From Eledone cirrhosa (Eukaryota): DNA of 64,000 bases. Location: NCBI GenBank assembly GCA_964016885.1, contig OZ024743.1:185070001-185134000 (forward strand), read 5' to 3'. The position numbers and the translations under genes are program-made. The notes under the pieces are model-generated. The model worked only from the letters and a program-made list of their open reading frames with translations, was not told the DNA's origin and made no database searches. How positions within the stretch are numbered: the stretch's first letter is position 1; each line of letters starts with the position of its first letter. Of this stretch, positions 37,062 through 48,016 are shown piece by piece.

Positions 37062-37126
37062 TATTTTGTCTGATGAAGGCATACCATAATGTAACTTGGT
37101 ATCCTTGAAATATATATAATGAAATA
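37062..37126 (+). ncRNA. Type-I hammerhead ribozyme (family C)
   Basis: tattttgt-CTGATGA-aggcatacca..tggtatcctt-GAAA-tatata-TA-atgaaata. Confidence 0.78.
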
Positions 37127-37169
37127 AATATGGTTTTATAAATATAGTTTCCATTTATTAATATCGTAT

Positions 37170-37337
<168 letters not shown>

Positions 37338-37366
37338 CTATATATATTATATATATATATATATAT

Positions 37367-37571
37367 AATGTATAAAAATCAATACAATATAATTACCTCA
37401 TTACCAGAGGTTTCCCGAATGAAGCGAATACGTATTCGCCTCATTCGGGAAACCTCTGGTAATGAGGTAATTATATTGTATTGATTTTTATACATTAAAT
37501 TTTGCTCTGATACATACATAGAGCACTCTTCACTTCTATGACCTTTTCTGTTTCCAACGGAAATTTCAATA

Positions 37572-37575
<4 letters not shown>
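37367..37575 (+). mobile_element. Fold-back PLE remnant: 130-bp palindrome (37367-37496) plus tail, carrying only the 3' half of a hammerhead
   Basis: Near-perfect palindrome centred at 37431/37432. GAAA-cctctgg-TA-atgagg is present but CTGANGA is absent. The tail resembles the family A tail. Confidence 0.7.
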
Positions 37576-37611
<36 letters not shown>

Positions 37612-37650
37612 TAATATAAGATCAAAAGATGGTTAAAGGAGTTCAATATA

Positions 37651-37717
37651 TTTTATTATGCGCATTTCAAAAACAAACATCATCAAACAATAATATTTGT
37701 GTTTTCATCAGATAAAA
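37651..37717 (-). ncRNA. Type-I hammerhead ribozyme (family B)
   Basis: Inverted copy of 37827-37893. Confidence 0.8.
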
Positions 37718-37826
37718 CAGGAGAACATGATATGAAGGCTAAAAAAAACACTTGTTGATAGTGCAGTTTTAAATCAACTGCACTATCAACAAGTGTTTTT
37801 TTTAGCCTTCATATCATGTTCTCCTG

Positions 37827-37893
37827 TTTTATCTGATGAAAACACAAATATTATTGTTTGATGATGTTTGTTTTTGAAATGCGCATAATAAAA
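37827..37893 (+). ncRNA. Type-I hammerhead ribozyme (family B)
   Basis: ttttat-CTGATGA-stem II-GAAA-tgcgca-TA-ataaaa. Confidence 0.8.
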
Positions 37894-38051
37894 TATATTG
37901 AACTCCTTTAACCATCTTTTGATCTTATATTATGCATACTCCAGTCCCACAAACTGTAGAGTGCTTCTTATCCGATATCTGCATTGCTTTATTGTACTAC
38001 AATAAAACTCACCTCCTACATATATATAAATATATATATATATAATATCTA

Positions 38052-38094
<43 letters not shown>

Positions 38095-38120
38095 TATATA
38101 TATATAATATCTATATATAT

Positions 38121-38209
<89 letters not shown>

Positions 38210-38304
38210 AAATGATGTAATTCCGTCGGAAAAGTCCAGGAAAAAAGAGTGCTCTATGTAGGTAACAGCTTAATAGTTATGTAATAAACAACATAAGGCA
38301 ATTA

Positions 38305-38365
38305 TTTCATTTACAAGTGGTTTCTTAAAAGCAAAAAAATGTTGTTTTCAATCATCAGAACGAAA
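38305..38365 (-). ncRNA. Type-I hammerhead ribozyme (family A, one stem III mismatch)
   Basis: tttcgtt-CTGATGA-stem II-GAAA-ccacttg-TA-aatgaaa. Confidence 0.7.
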
Positions 38366-38473
38366 AGTCCTGGTGTATTTATTGACGTTGGATTTTAAAA
38401 ATAAATATATTTTAAAAAACAGATATAGATTGCATTTTTGTTTTTAAAATCCAACGTCAATACACCAGGATTT

Positions 38474-38534
38474 TTTCGTTCTGATGATTGAAAGCAAAAT
38501 TTTTTTGGTTTTAAGAAACCATTGGTAAATGAAA
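38474..38534 (+). ncRNA. Type-I hammerhead ribozyme (family A)
   Basis: tttcgtt-CTGATGA-ttgaaagcaaaa..ggttttaa-GAAA-cc(att)gg-TA-aatgaaa. Confidence 0.82.
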
Positions 38535-38656
38535 TAATTGCCTTATGTTAATTATTACATAACTATATATATATATATATATAATATCTATATATATATA
38601 TACATATTATATATATATTATATATATATATAATATATATAGATATTATATATATA

Positions 38657-38709
<53 letters not shown>

Positions 38710-38770
38710 ATATTATATATATATATAGATATTATATATATATATAGATATTATAAATATATATATATAG

Positions 38771-38806
<36 letters not shown>

Positions 38807-39225
38807 TATTATATATATATATAGATATTATATATATATATAAATATTATATATATATATATATATATAAATATTATATATATATTATATATATATATCT
38901 ATCTATCTAAGGCGGGTAGAATTCCCGAGATCCATGGACGAGTTCTCTCCAGCTGTCTCTGTCCCTCATTATCGCTGCCATATTATATATATATATGTGT
39001 GTGTGTGTATCGGGGTTGATAAAATAAAGTACCAGTAATTGCTGGCCTTGTGCCAAAAGTAGAAACAATTATATATATATATATATAAATATTATGCAAA
39101 AATTTTATTTAAAATTGTTGGGTTACAACGAGTAAATATTTTATAACTGATATAAAAGCACTCAACAGATTTTGGAGTATTTTACGATATTAAACAAATG
39201 GAAACTACATTTATAAAACCATATT

Positions 39226-39292
39226 TATTTCATTATATATATTTTCAGGGATATCATATTAAAAATATGGTATGCCCTCTTCAGACAAAATA
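39226..39292 (-). ncRNA. Type-I hammerhead ribozyme (family C)
   Basis: Inverted copy of 39459-39525. Confidence 0.72.
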
Positions 39293-39458
39293 CAATATAT
39301 AAACAGTTTTATAAATAAATTTGACATACCTTGAAAAATTTACAACTTCCATTTAAAAAGTTGTTATAACAACCATAACAACCATAACAACTTTTTAAAT
39401 GGAAGTTGTAAATTTTTAAAGGTATGTCAAATTTATTTATAAAACTGTTTATATATTG

Positions 39459-39525
39459 TATTTTGTCTGAAGAGGGCATACCATATTTTTAATATGATAT
39501 CCCTGAAAATATATATAATGAAATA
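39459..39525 (+). ncRNA. Type-I hammerhead ribozyme (family C)
   Basis: tattttgt-CTGAAGA-gggcataccatatt(ttt)aatatgatatccct-GAAA-atatata-TA-atgaaata. Confidence 0.72.
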
Positions 39526-40075
39526 AATATGGTTTTATAAATGTAGTTTCCATTTGTTTAATATCGTATATAAATATTATATATATATATAAATATTCAT
39601 CATTTTACGTCCGCTTTTTCCCTGCTTGCAAGGGTGGGACGGGAACTGATTCTGGCTTGATTTCTACAGCTGGATGCCCTTCCTAACACCAACCTCATTT
39701 ACAGTGAGTGCTGGGTGCTTTTTTGCCGTGGCACCTCCACGACCACTTTGCAGTGGAATGATATGGACCTCAGTCCCTATCATCTCATTTCTACAGCTGA
39801 GTAAACTGGAGCAATGTGAAATAAAGTGTCTTGCTCAAGGAAACAACACAGCACCTGGTCTGAGAATTGAACTCACGACCTTTCACAACAATATATATAT
39901 ATAAATATTATATATATATATAAATATTATATATATATATAAATATTATATATATATATAAATATTATATATATATATAAATATTATATATATATATATA
40001 TATAATTATATATATATATATATATATAAATAAATATTATATATATATAAATATTATATATATATATAAATATTC

Positions 40076-42190
40076 ATCATCATCATCATGATCATCATCG
40101 TTTAACGTCCATCTTCCACGCTAGCATGGGTTTGGACGGGAATTTTACCACTTGAGGCAAGATTAATTGTCTTGCTCATATAGGACTGTCTGGCGGGTTT
40201 TCTACGGCTGGATACCCTTCCTAACACCAACCACGTTTACAGTGTGGACTGGGAGGTTTTTACCGTGTTACCTACACGGCCACATTACAGCGTGGACTGT
40301 GTGTTATTTTGTCGTGACACCTACACGCCCTCATTTGTTTCGGACTGGATGCTGTGGTACCAACATAACTTTACATTGGAAGGGGTGGTGTGGATGGGGT
40401 GGGGGTAGCGGGCCGGGGTGTATTTTTGTTAGAGGTGCCTACTGACTGTAGGTTTCGCTTTGTACTTAGGCAAGGCGGGTCTTCTGTATTACTGTGTATA
40501 CGCCAAGGATCTCGGTCCAGTGACATTGTCTTGGAGACGTGTAAGTGTGTGAGGTCGGAATTTAGCAAGTCGTCCCAGGTTTTTCTGGGTCTGCCTACTC
40601 CGTAGCTACCATCTATTTTTATCGCCCTGCACTTTTTTATACAGCTGTCGTCTTTCATGCGTATCACGTGACCATACCAACGTAGTCTCCTCTCGAGTAA
40701 ACAGCATCTGATCACTCTTATTCCTAATTTCTCACTTAGTTCATTTATGCTTTGCCGTTCACGTATATTACTATTACACATCCAGCGGAGCATGCAAGCT
40801 TTGTTCCTCTCCAGTCTGCGTATATCCTCTGCACACAATGCCCAGGTCTCACTGCCATGCAACATCGCTGTTCGTATGCAGGCATCATACAGCCTGCCTT
40901 TCATTTTTAGTGAGAACCCTTTAGCGGCCAATAGTGGTATAAGCTCTCTGAACTTTTTCGATCCCGTTCTGACTCTAGCTACTGTACTTTCGGAGCACCC
41001 TCCCCCACTGCTGATTTTGTCACCCAGGTAACAGAAACTGTCCACTATTTCTATAGAACCATCTGTGCAATAGAATGAGCTAGTATTTTGCGGGCACTTG
41101 CTGCTACTTATTGCACCAGAACACCGGCCACATATAAAATCTATGTTCTTAGTTAGCTTACCTGTGATCCCACTACATCTTTTATGCACCCATACTTTGC
41201 ATTTGGGACATAAAATGGAGTTTCTTCCTACTCCTTTCCTACACACTGAGCATGGCCATTTCCCAGATGGGACCAGTGCCCTATTTTCCTTCCTACAAAC
41301 TAGAACTTTAGTCTTAGATAGGTTAATTTTAAGGCCTTTTGATTCTAGGCCATGCTTCCATATTTGGAATTTCTTCCCTAGTTCGGCCATTGATTCAGCT
41401 ATGAGCGTTAGATCATCTGCGTATAGGAGTTCCCATGGGCAGCCGGTCTTGAACTTTTCTATTATAGCCTGAAGGGCAATAATAAATAGGAGGGAGCTAA
41501 GGACGGAGCCCTGATAATCACCAACCTTTACGCTAAACTCTTCACAATATTCGTTGTTAATTCTAACCTTGCTGACTGTTTCTTTATACATGGCTTGTAT
41601 AGCTCTCACAAGCCATTCGTCAACACCTAGTTTTCTAAGAGCCCACCAGATAATGGGGCGTGGGACTCTGTCAAAGGCTTTCTCCAAGTCAACAAAGGCT
41701 AAGTATAGGGGTTTACTTTTAGCTAGGTACTTCTCCTGTAGTTGTCGTACAATGAAGAGAGCGTCTGTGGTACTTTTACCTGACACAAACCCGAACTGCA
41801 TTTCATCTAGGTCAATTCGCTCTCTGATTAGTTGCGCTATTACTTTTTCTGTGAGATTCATGACCTGGTTGATTAATTTAATGTCTCTATAGTTACCCCT
41901 ATCTAGGGCATCTCCTTTACCCTTGTAGCAGTTAATGATGATGCTGCTACGCCAGTCCTTTGGTATGACCCCATTCTGTATGACTTGGTTTACTATCCGG
42001 GTGACCATAGTGTGTCCCACCATTCCAGATGCTTTCAGCATTTCAGCAACTATTTCCGAAGGCCCAGCCGCCTTACCCATCTTCATATCTTTGATTGCCT
42101 TACTTATTATACTACCTTCGACTAACACTGCTGGTCCCTCTATTGGCTCGATGTGGGGGAGACTGTCTTTCTCCCATTTATTCTCCTTAT
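40076..42190 (-). mobile_element. 5'-truncated RTE LINE with an open RT and PHD-finger frame and a (GAT)n tail
   Basis: QFGF, FVDLEKAFDRVPR, YADD, C4HC3 finger, YLG and GRPRKTW motifs; (TA)n flanks. Confidence 0.92.
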
Positions 42191-42242
42191 TATATATATA
42201 TATTCTCCTTATTATATATATATATAAATAATATACATATAT

Positions 42243-42545
42243 ATTGTTATACTTTGGGAGGGTCATGTTGCCAATAAGAAACACACGCACCAGTTGCTTT
42301 CACTTCAATTTATTATATATTTATAAATTTACAAATTTATAAATTTCTGGTTTGTTGGTTGGTTCCACAACCAGATAGTTGTTTATATATAGTCATAGTT
42401 CTTTCGTCACACACTCTGTGACCTCTTCAGTGACTGGGGATTCCTTTTTTTTTTCTTTCTGTGCCTCTCCTTTGTTCTGTCCTACGCCATTTTGTTTCTG
42501 TGTGTGTGTTGTGTGCTCAGTCTGCGCATGCGCCACATCCGGGTG
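42243..42545 (-). mobile_element. PLE pLTR fragment (family P)
   Basis: Reverse complement is similar to 16340-16593. Confidence 0.8.
42391..42435 (-). ncRNA. Minimal type-I hammerhead ribozyme (family P)
   Basis: agtca-CTGAAGA-g-gtcaca(gagtg)tgtgac-GAAA-gaac-TA-tgact. Confidence 0.75.
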
Positions 42546-42547
42546 TC

Positions 42548-42610
<63 letters not shown>

Positions 42611-42705
42611 TATATATATTATATATATATATATATTATATATATTTATATATTATATATATATATATATATATTATATATATTATATATATATATATAT
42701 ATATA

Positions 42706-43521
42706 AACGGGATGGAAGAAGTTTAGGGAACTACTACCACTGCTAGCTGCAAAAGGCTTCTCTCTCAGAATGAAAGGCAGACTGTATGATGCGTGTATCC
42801 GAACAGCGATGTTGCATGGTAGTGAGACCTGGGCGCTGAAGGTGGAAGACTTACGTAGATTAGAGAGAAACGAAGCCTGCATGCTCCGATGGATGTGTAA
42901 CAGTAATATACGTGAACGACAAAGCATAAATGAATTGAGAGAGAGACTGAGCATAAGAGGAATCAAATGCTGCGTGCAGGAGAGGCGGTTACGCTGGTAT
43001 GGACATGTGATGCGTATGAAGGATGACAGCTGCATAAAAAGGTGCAGAGCACTAGAAGTTGATGGAAACCGCGGAGTGGGGAGACCCAAGATGACTTGGG
43101 ATGAGGTGATAAAAGCCGACCTTACCCAACTACACCTCTCAAAGTCAATGACACACGACCGTGACTTCTGGCGTCACGCAGTAATACAGGGTACCCGACC
43201 TCCCATGGGTACATGCTGAAGCATATAAACAATATGCCCCCCCCCCCCCACCGCAAGGTGGTCGTGGAGGTGCCACGGCAAAAAAGCACCCAGCCCACAC
43301 TGTAAAGTGGACGTGTAGGCGCCACGAAAAAGCACCCAGCACTCACTGTAAATGAGGTTGGTGTTAGGAAGGGCATCCAGCTGTAGAAATCAAGCCAGAT
43401 CAGTTCCTGTATGAGCAAGGCATGGTCAGCCGACCAGACACTGCCCACAACAGGACAACCCGTCTAACCCATGCTAGCGTGGAAGAACGGACGTAAAACG
43501 GTGATGATGATGATGATGATG
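42706..43521 (+). mobile_element. RTE LINE 3' fragment
   Basis: KGRLYDACIRTAMLHGSETW...GRPKMTW and a (GAT)n tail. Confidence 0.9.
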
Positions 43522-43533
43522 ATATATATATTA

Positions 43534-43596
<63 letters not shown>

Positions 43597-43597
43597 T

Positions 43598-44482
43598 ATC
43601 ATCATCATCATCATCAACGTTTAACGTCCGTGTTCCACGCTTGCATGGGTTTGGATGGGGGTTTTCCCACTTGAGGCAAGAGTGATTGTCTCGCTCGCAT
43701 AGGACTGTCTGGCAGGTTTTCTACAGTTGGATGCCCTTCCTAACACCAACCACATTTACAGTGTGGGTCTGGGAGGTTTTTACCGTGTTGCCTACACGGC
43801 CACATTACAGCGTGGACTGTGTGTTTTTTTGTCGTGACACCTACACGATCTCATTTGTTTCGGCCTGGATGGTGTGGCTCTAACATAACTTTACATAGAA
43901 GGGGGCGGTGTGGATGGGGTGGGGGGGTGTATTTTGTTAGAGATGCCTACTGACTGTAGTAGGTTTTACTTTGTATTTAGGTAAGGCGGGTCTTCTCTAT
44001 TACTGAGTACCGCCAAAGGTCTCGGTCCAGTGACATTGTCTTGGTGAGGTGTAAATGTGTGAGGTCGGAGTTTAAAAGCTCGTCCCAGGTTTTTCTGGGT
44101 CTGCCTATTCCGTGGCTACAGTCTATCTTTATTGCCCTGCACTTTGTTATACAGCTATCGTCCTTCATGCGCATCACGTGACCATACCAACGTAGCCTTC
44201 TCTCGAGTAAACAACATCTGAACCCTCTTATTTTTAATTTTTTCCTTAGTTCGTTTATGCTTTGTCGTTCACGTATATTACTATTACACATCCAGCGGAG
44301 CATGCAAGCTTCGTTTCTCTCTAGTCTGCATATATCCTCTGCACACAATGCCCAGGTCTCACTGCCATGCAACATTGCTGTTCGTATGCAGGCATCGTAC
44401 AACCTGCCTTTCATTTTTAGGGAGAACCCTTTAGCGGCTAATAGTGGTATAAGCTCTCTGAACTTTTTCCACCCAGTTCTGA

Positions 44483-44490
<8 letters not shown>
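43598..44490 (-). mobile_element. RTE LINE 3' fragment
   Basis: Same family motifs and a (GAT)n tail. Confidence 0.9.
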
Positions 44491-44521
<31 letters not shown>

Positions 44522-44527
<6 letters not shown>

Positions 44528-45321
44528 GAATTGGCATAAATTCTATAAAATGCACACAATGCAGATCCTGGGTACACAAGAGATGTAGCGGAATAGCAGG
44601 CAAACTAACAGGTAGGGAGAAATATGTATGCAGTAGATGTACAGGGAAATTAGACAGTAGAAGTCGCATTGATAGACACATTTTTCAAATGCAGGCGGGT
44701 GCTATAGAAGTGGTGGATAGCTTCCGGTACCTAGGAGATCAGATTAGCATGGGAGGGCGGTGTTCCGAGGCCATAGTATCTAGAATAAGGACGGGTTGGA
44801 AGAAGTTTAGGGAGCTGCTTCCTCTGCTGATGAAGAAGGGTTTCTCCCTGCGTACGAAAGGCCGGTTATATGATGCCTGGGTGAGGAGCGCGATGCTGCA
44901 TGGTAGTGAGACATGGGCAGCTACTGCAGAGGATATGCGACGGCTGGAGAGAAATGAGGCAAGCATGCTCCGTTGGATGTGCAGTGTCAATGTGCGTGAA
45001 CGACCCAGCATGAATGTGTTGAGAGAGAAACTGTGTCTGAGAGGGGTAGAATGTAGTGTACGGTAGAGGAGACTGAGGTGGCATGATGCGCATGGAGGAT
45101 GACCGATGGGTAAAGAAGTGCCAGGAAATGTCAGTTGAAGGAAGACGTGGTAGAGGTAGACCACGAAATACATGGGCGGAGGTGGTGAGAACAGACCTGA
45201 GATCGCTGAAGCTCACGGTGGAGATGACGAAGGACCGTGATAAGTGGAGAGATGCTATGCTGAATAAGAATCGTCCCACCCTTGCAAGCAGGGAAGAGCG
45301 GACATAAAATGATGATGATGA

Positions 45322-45324
<3 letters not shown>
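44522..45324 (+). mobile_element. RTE LINE 3' fragment (related subfamily, short 3' UTR)
   Basis: CTQCRSWVHKRC..CSRC, YLG and LHGSETW motifs; (GAT)n tail. Confidence 0.9.
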
Positions 45325-45356
<32 letters not shown>

Positions 45357-45413
45357 TTATATATATAAATATATATATATATAAATATTATATATATATA
45401 TAAATATTATATA

Positions 45414-45461
<48 letters not shown>

Positions 45462-45465
<4 letters not shown>

Positions 45466-45722
45466 ATACTTTGGGAGGGTCATGTTGCCAATAAGAAACA
45501 CACGCACCAGTTGCTTTCACTTCAATTTATTATCATAAATTTATAAATTTAGCCGGAAATTTATAAATTCCTAAATTTATAAATTTATTATAATAAATTG
45601 AAGTAAAAGCAACTGGTGCGTGTGTTTCTTATTGGCAACATGACCCCGCCAAAGTATAACAATATCGGTTTCAACACACGTTTTCAGATAAAGAATCTTG
45701 CTAAACAAATTCAGAAACGAAA
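45462..45722 (+). mobile_element. Fold-back PLE remnant (family P), truncated downstream of the hammerhead
   Basis: Inverted arms ~45462-45533 and ~45590-45663, plus a tail matching 16594-16652. Confidence 0.8.
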
Positions 45723-45741
45723 TATATATATATATATATAA

Positions 45742-46645
45742 ATATCTTTCAACTGCGCAGAGGGCTCTATAGAAATAGTGGACAGCTTCCGTTACCTGGG
45801 TGACAAAATCAGCAGTGGGGGAGGGTGCTCTGAAAGTACAGTAGCTAGAGTCAGAACTGGATGGAAAAAGTTCAGAGAGCTTATACCACTATTAGCCGCT
45901 AAAGGGTTCTCCCTAAAAATGAAAGGCAGGTTGTATGTTGCCTGCATACGAACAGCAATGTTGCATGGCAGTGAGACCTGGGCATTGTGTGCAGAGGATA
46001 TACGCAGACTAGAGAGGAACGAAGCTTGCATGCTCTGCTGGATGTGTAATAGTAATATACGTGAACGGCAAAGCATAAACGAACTAAGGAAAAAATTAGA
46101 AATAAGAGGGATCAGATGTTGTTTACTCGAGAGAAGGCTACGTTGGTATGGTCACGTGATGCGCATGAAAGATGATAGTTGTATAACAAAGTGCAGGGCA
46201 ATAAAGATAGACGGTAGCCACGGAGTAGGCAGACCCAGAAAAACCTGGGACGAGCTGATAAATTCCGACCTCACACACTTACACCTCTCCAAGACAATGT
46301 CACTGGACCGAGACCTATGGCGGTACTCAGTGATAGAGAAGACCTGCCTTACCTAAATACAAAGTAAATCCAGGCCGAAACATATGAGATCCTGTAAGTG
46401 TCACGACAAAAAAACACACAGTCCACGCTGTAATGTGTCCGTGTAGGCAACACGGTAAAAACCTCCCAGCCCCACACTGTAAATGTGGTTGGTGTTAGGA
46501 AGGGCATCCAGCTGTAGAAAACCCGCCAGACAGTCCTATGCGAGCAAGACAATCACTCTTGCCTCAAGTGGGAAAACCCCCGTCCAAACCCATGCAAGCG
46601 TGGAACACGGACGTTAAACATTGATGATGATGATGATGATGATGA
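45742..46645 (+). mobile_element. RTE LINE 3' fragment
   Basis: Same family motifs, highly similar to the inverted copy at 43598-44490, (GAT)n tail. Confidence 0.9.
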
Positions 46646-46668
46646 TATATATATATATATATATAAAT

Positions 46669-46870
<202 letters not shown>

Positions 46871-46939
46871 ATATATATAAATATATATATTATGGAATAC
46901 TGTTGGCTCCTTGCTACAATATTTTCTATACTTTTCATT

Positions 46940-46994
<55 letters not shown>

Positions 46995-47269
46995 TCATCA
47001 TCATCAAACGTTGCAATCGAAGGAAATCAGGAAGATGATATTTTGGTTTGTGAAGACGTTCCCTGGTAATGAACGGAAAAAAAGCGAGGATAATACGTCG
47101 TTATTTGGACCGAGAAGAACAATTTCATGCAAAGACAAGACCAAGTTTATGGTGTAAATGGAGTCGTTAGACTAATATTCTATTTAAAATAACCAAATTA
47201 TTTCCAGCCCCGGAGTTTAAGAATGATGTAAATAAAATTGTAAATGAAAATGACAGAGGTTATTAAAAT

Positions 47270-47390
47270 AGTTGTTTCTACTTTTGGCACAAGGCCAGCA
47301 AATACCCAGTACATTACTGGTACTTTATTTTATCGACCCCGTAAGGATGAAAGGCAAAGTTAACCTCGATGGGATTTTAACTTTGCCTTA
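47270..47390 (-). mobile_element. Meta-type SINE 3' fragment
   Basis: Reverse complement of the 3' part of 11825-11997. Confidence 0.7.
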
Positions 47391-47509
47391 ATATAGTAAA
47401 AGTAAATAGTGAAGATTTAGGCCAGTACATACGTATGCACCGACGGAATTACACATGCATATACATACGCACACACAAATACATACACACACACAAACAC
47501 ACACACACA

Positions 47510-47842
47510 CGTGTGTGTAAACCTTATGCATTTCTACAGTATTTTCACCAAACTTAAGACATAGGTTACTTATCTACTCCGGATGGTCATGGGCACTTTC
47601 ATTTTTCCAGATATTGATTATAGGGCCTCCCGGGAGATAACCCCCTTTAACCACTTCCTTGGAGTCGACTGAAGCACTGCAGTGCAATGCAACAAAACAT
47701 CATAACTTCTGGAGTTCGCAACCGATTTTCACAAAACTTGACACATGGGCTACGTTTGTTCTACAGATGAATGTGAACTCTCAGAATTGGCACATATTGA
47801 GTAGGAGACCCCTGGGGGCAGGAACCCCCTTTTGGAAAATAT
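47510..47842 (+). mobile_element. HINE/DINE-1-like fragment
   Basis: Two diverged units with (CAACCG)ATTTTCACCAAACTT motifs following a (CA/GT) tract. Confidence 0.45.
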
Positions 47843-48016
47843 AAATATATATATAATATAAATATATATATATATATAATATAAATATATATATATATAT
47901 AATATAAATATATATATATTATATATATAAATATATATATATTATATATATAAATATATATATATTATATATATATAATATATATATATATTATATATAT
48001 ATAATATATATAATAT

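Larger units (their letters stand above)
37611..38018 (+). mobile_element. Fold-back PLE element (family B): 158-bp arms (37611-37768 / 37776-37933) plus tail
   Basis: Apparently perfect inverted arms with a 7-nt spacer and (TA)n flanks. Confidence 0.85.
38208..38565 (-). mobile_element. Fold-back PLE element (family A) with diverged arms plus tail
   Basis: Inverted arms ~38274-38402 and ~38440-38565, a tail on the left, and (TG)n/(TA)n flanks. Confidence 0.8.
39095..39568 (-). mobile_element. Fold-back PLE element (family C): 185-bp arms (39183-39367 / 39384-39568) plus tail
   Basis: Near-perfect inverted arms with a 16-nt spacer. Tail homologous to 35326-35410. Confidence 0.85.

Noticed and set aside
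37367-39568. Palindromes as amplification or assembly chimeras
   Set aside because: The arms end at family-specific fixed points, have asymmetric tails, show mismatches in several cases, and coincide with hammerhead-bearing pLTRs. Read-level confirmation is still advisable.
40371-42290. 639-aa ORF as an intact gene
   Set aside because: Its N-terminus comes from PLE and (TA)n sequence and its C-terminus is frameshifted into the 3' UTR. It is a truncated RTE copy.
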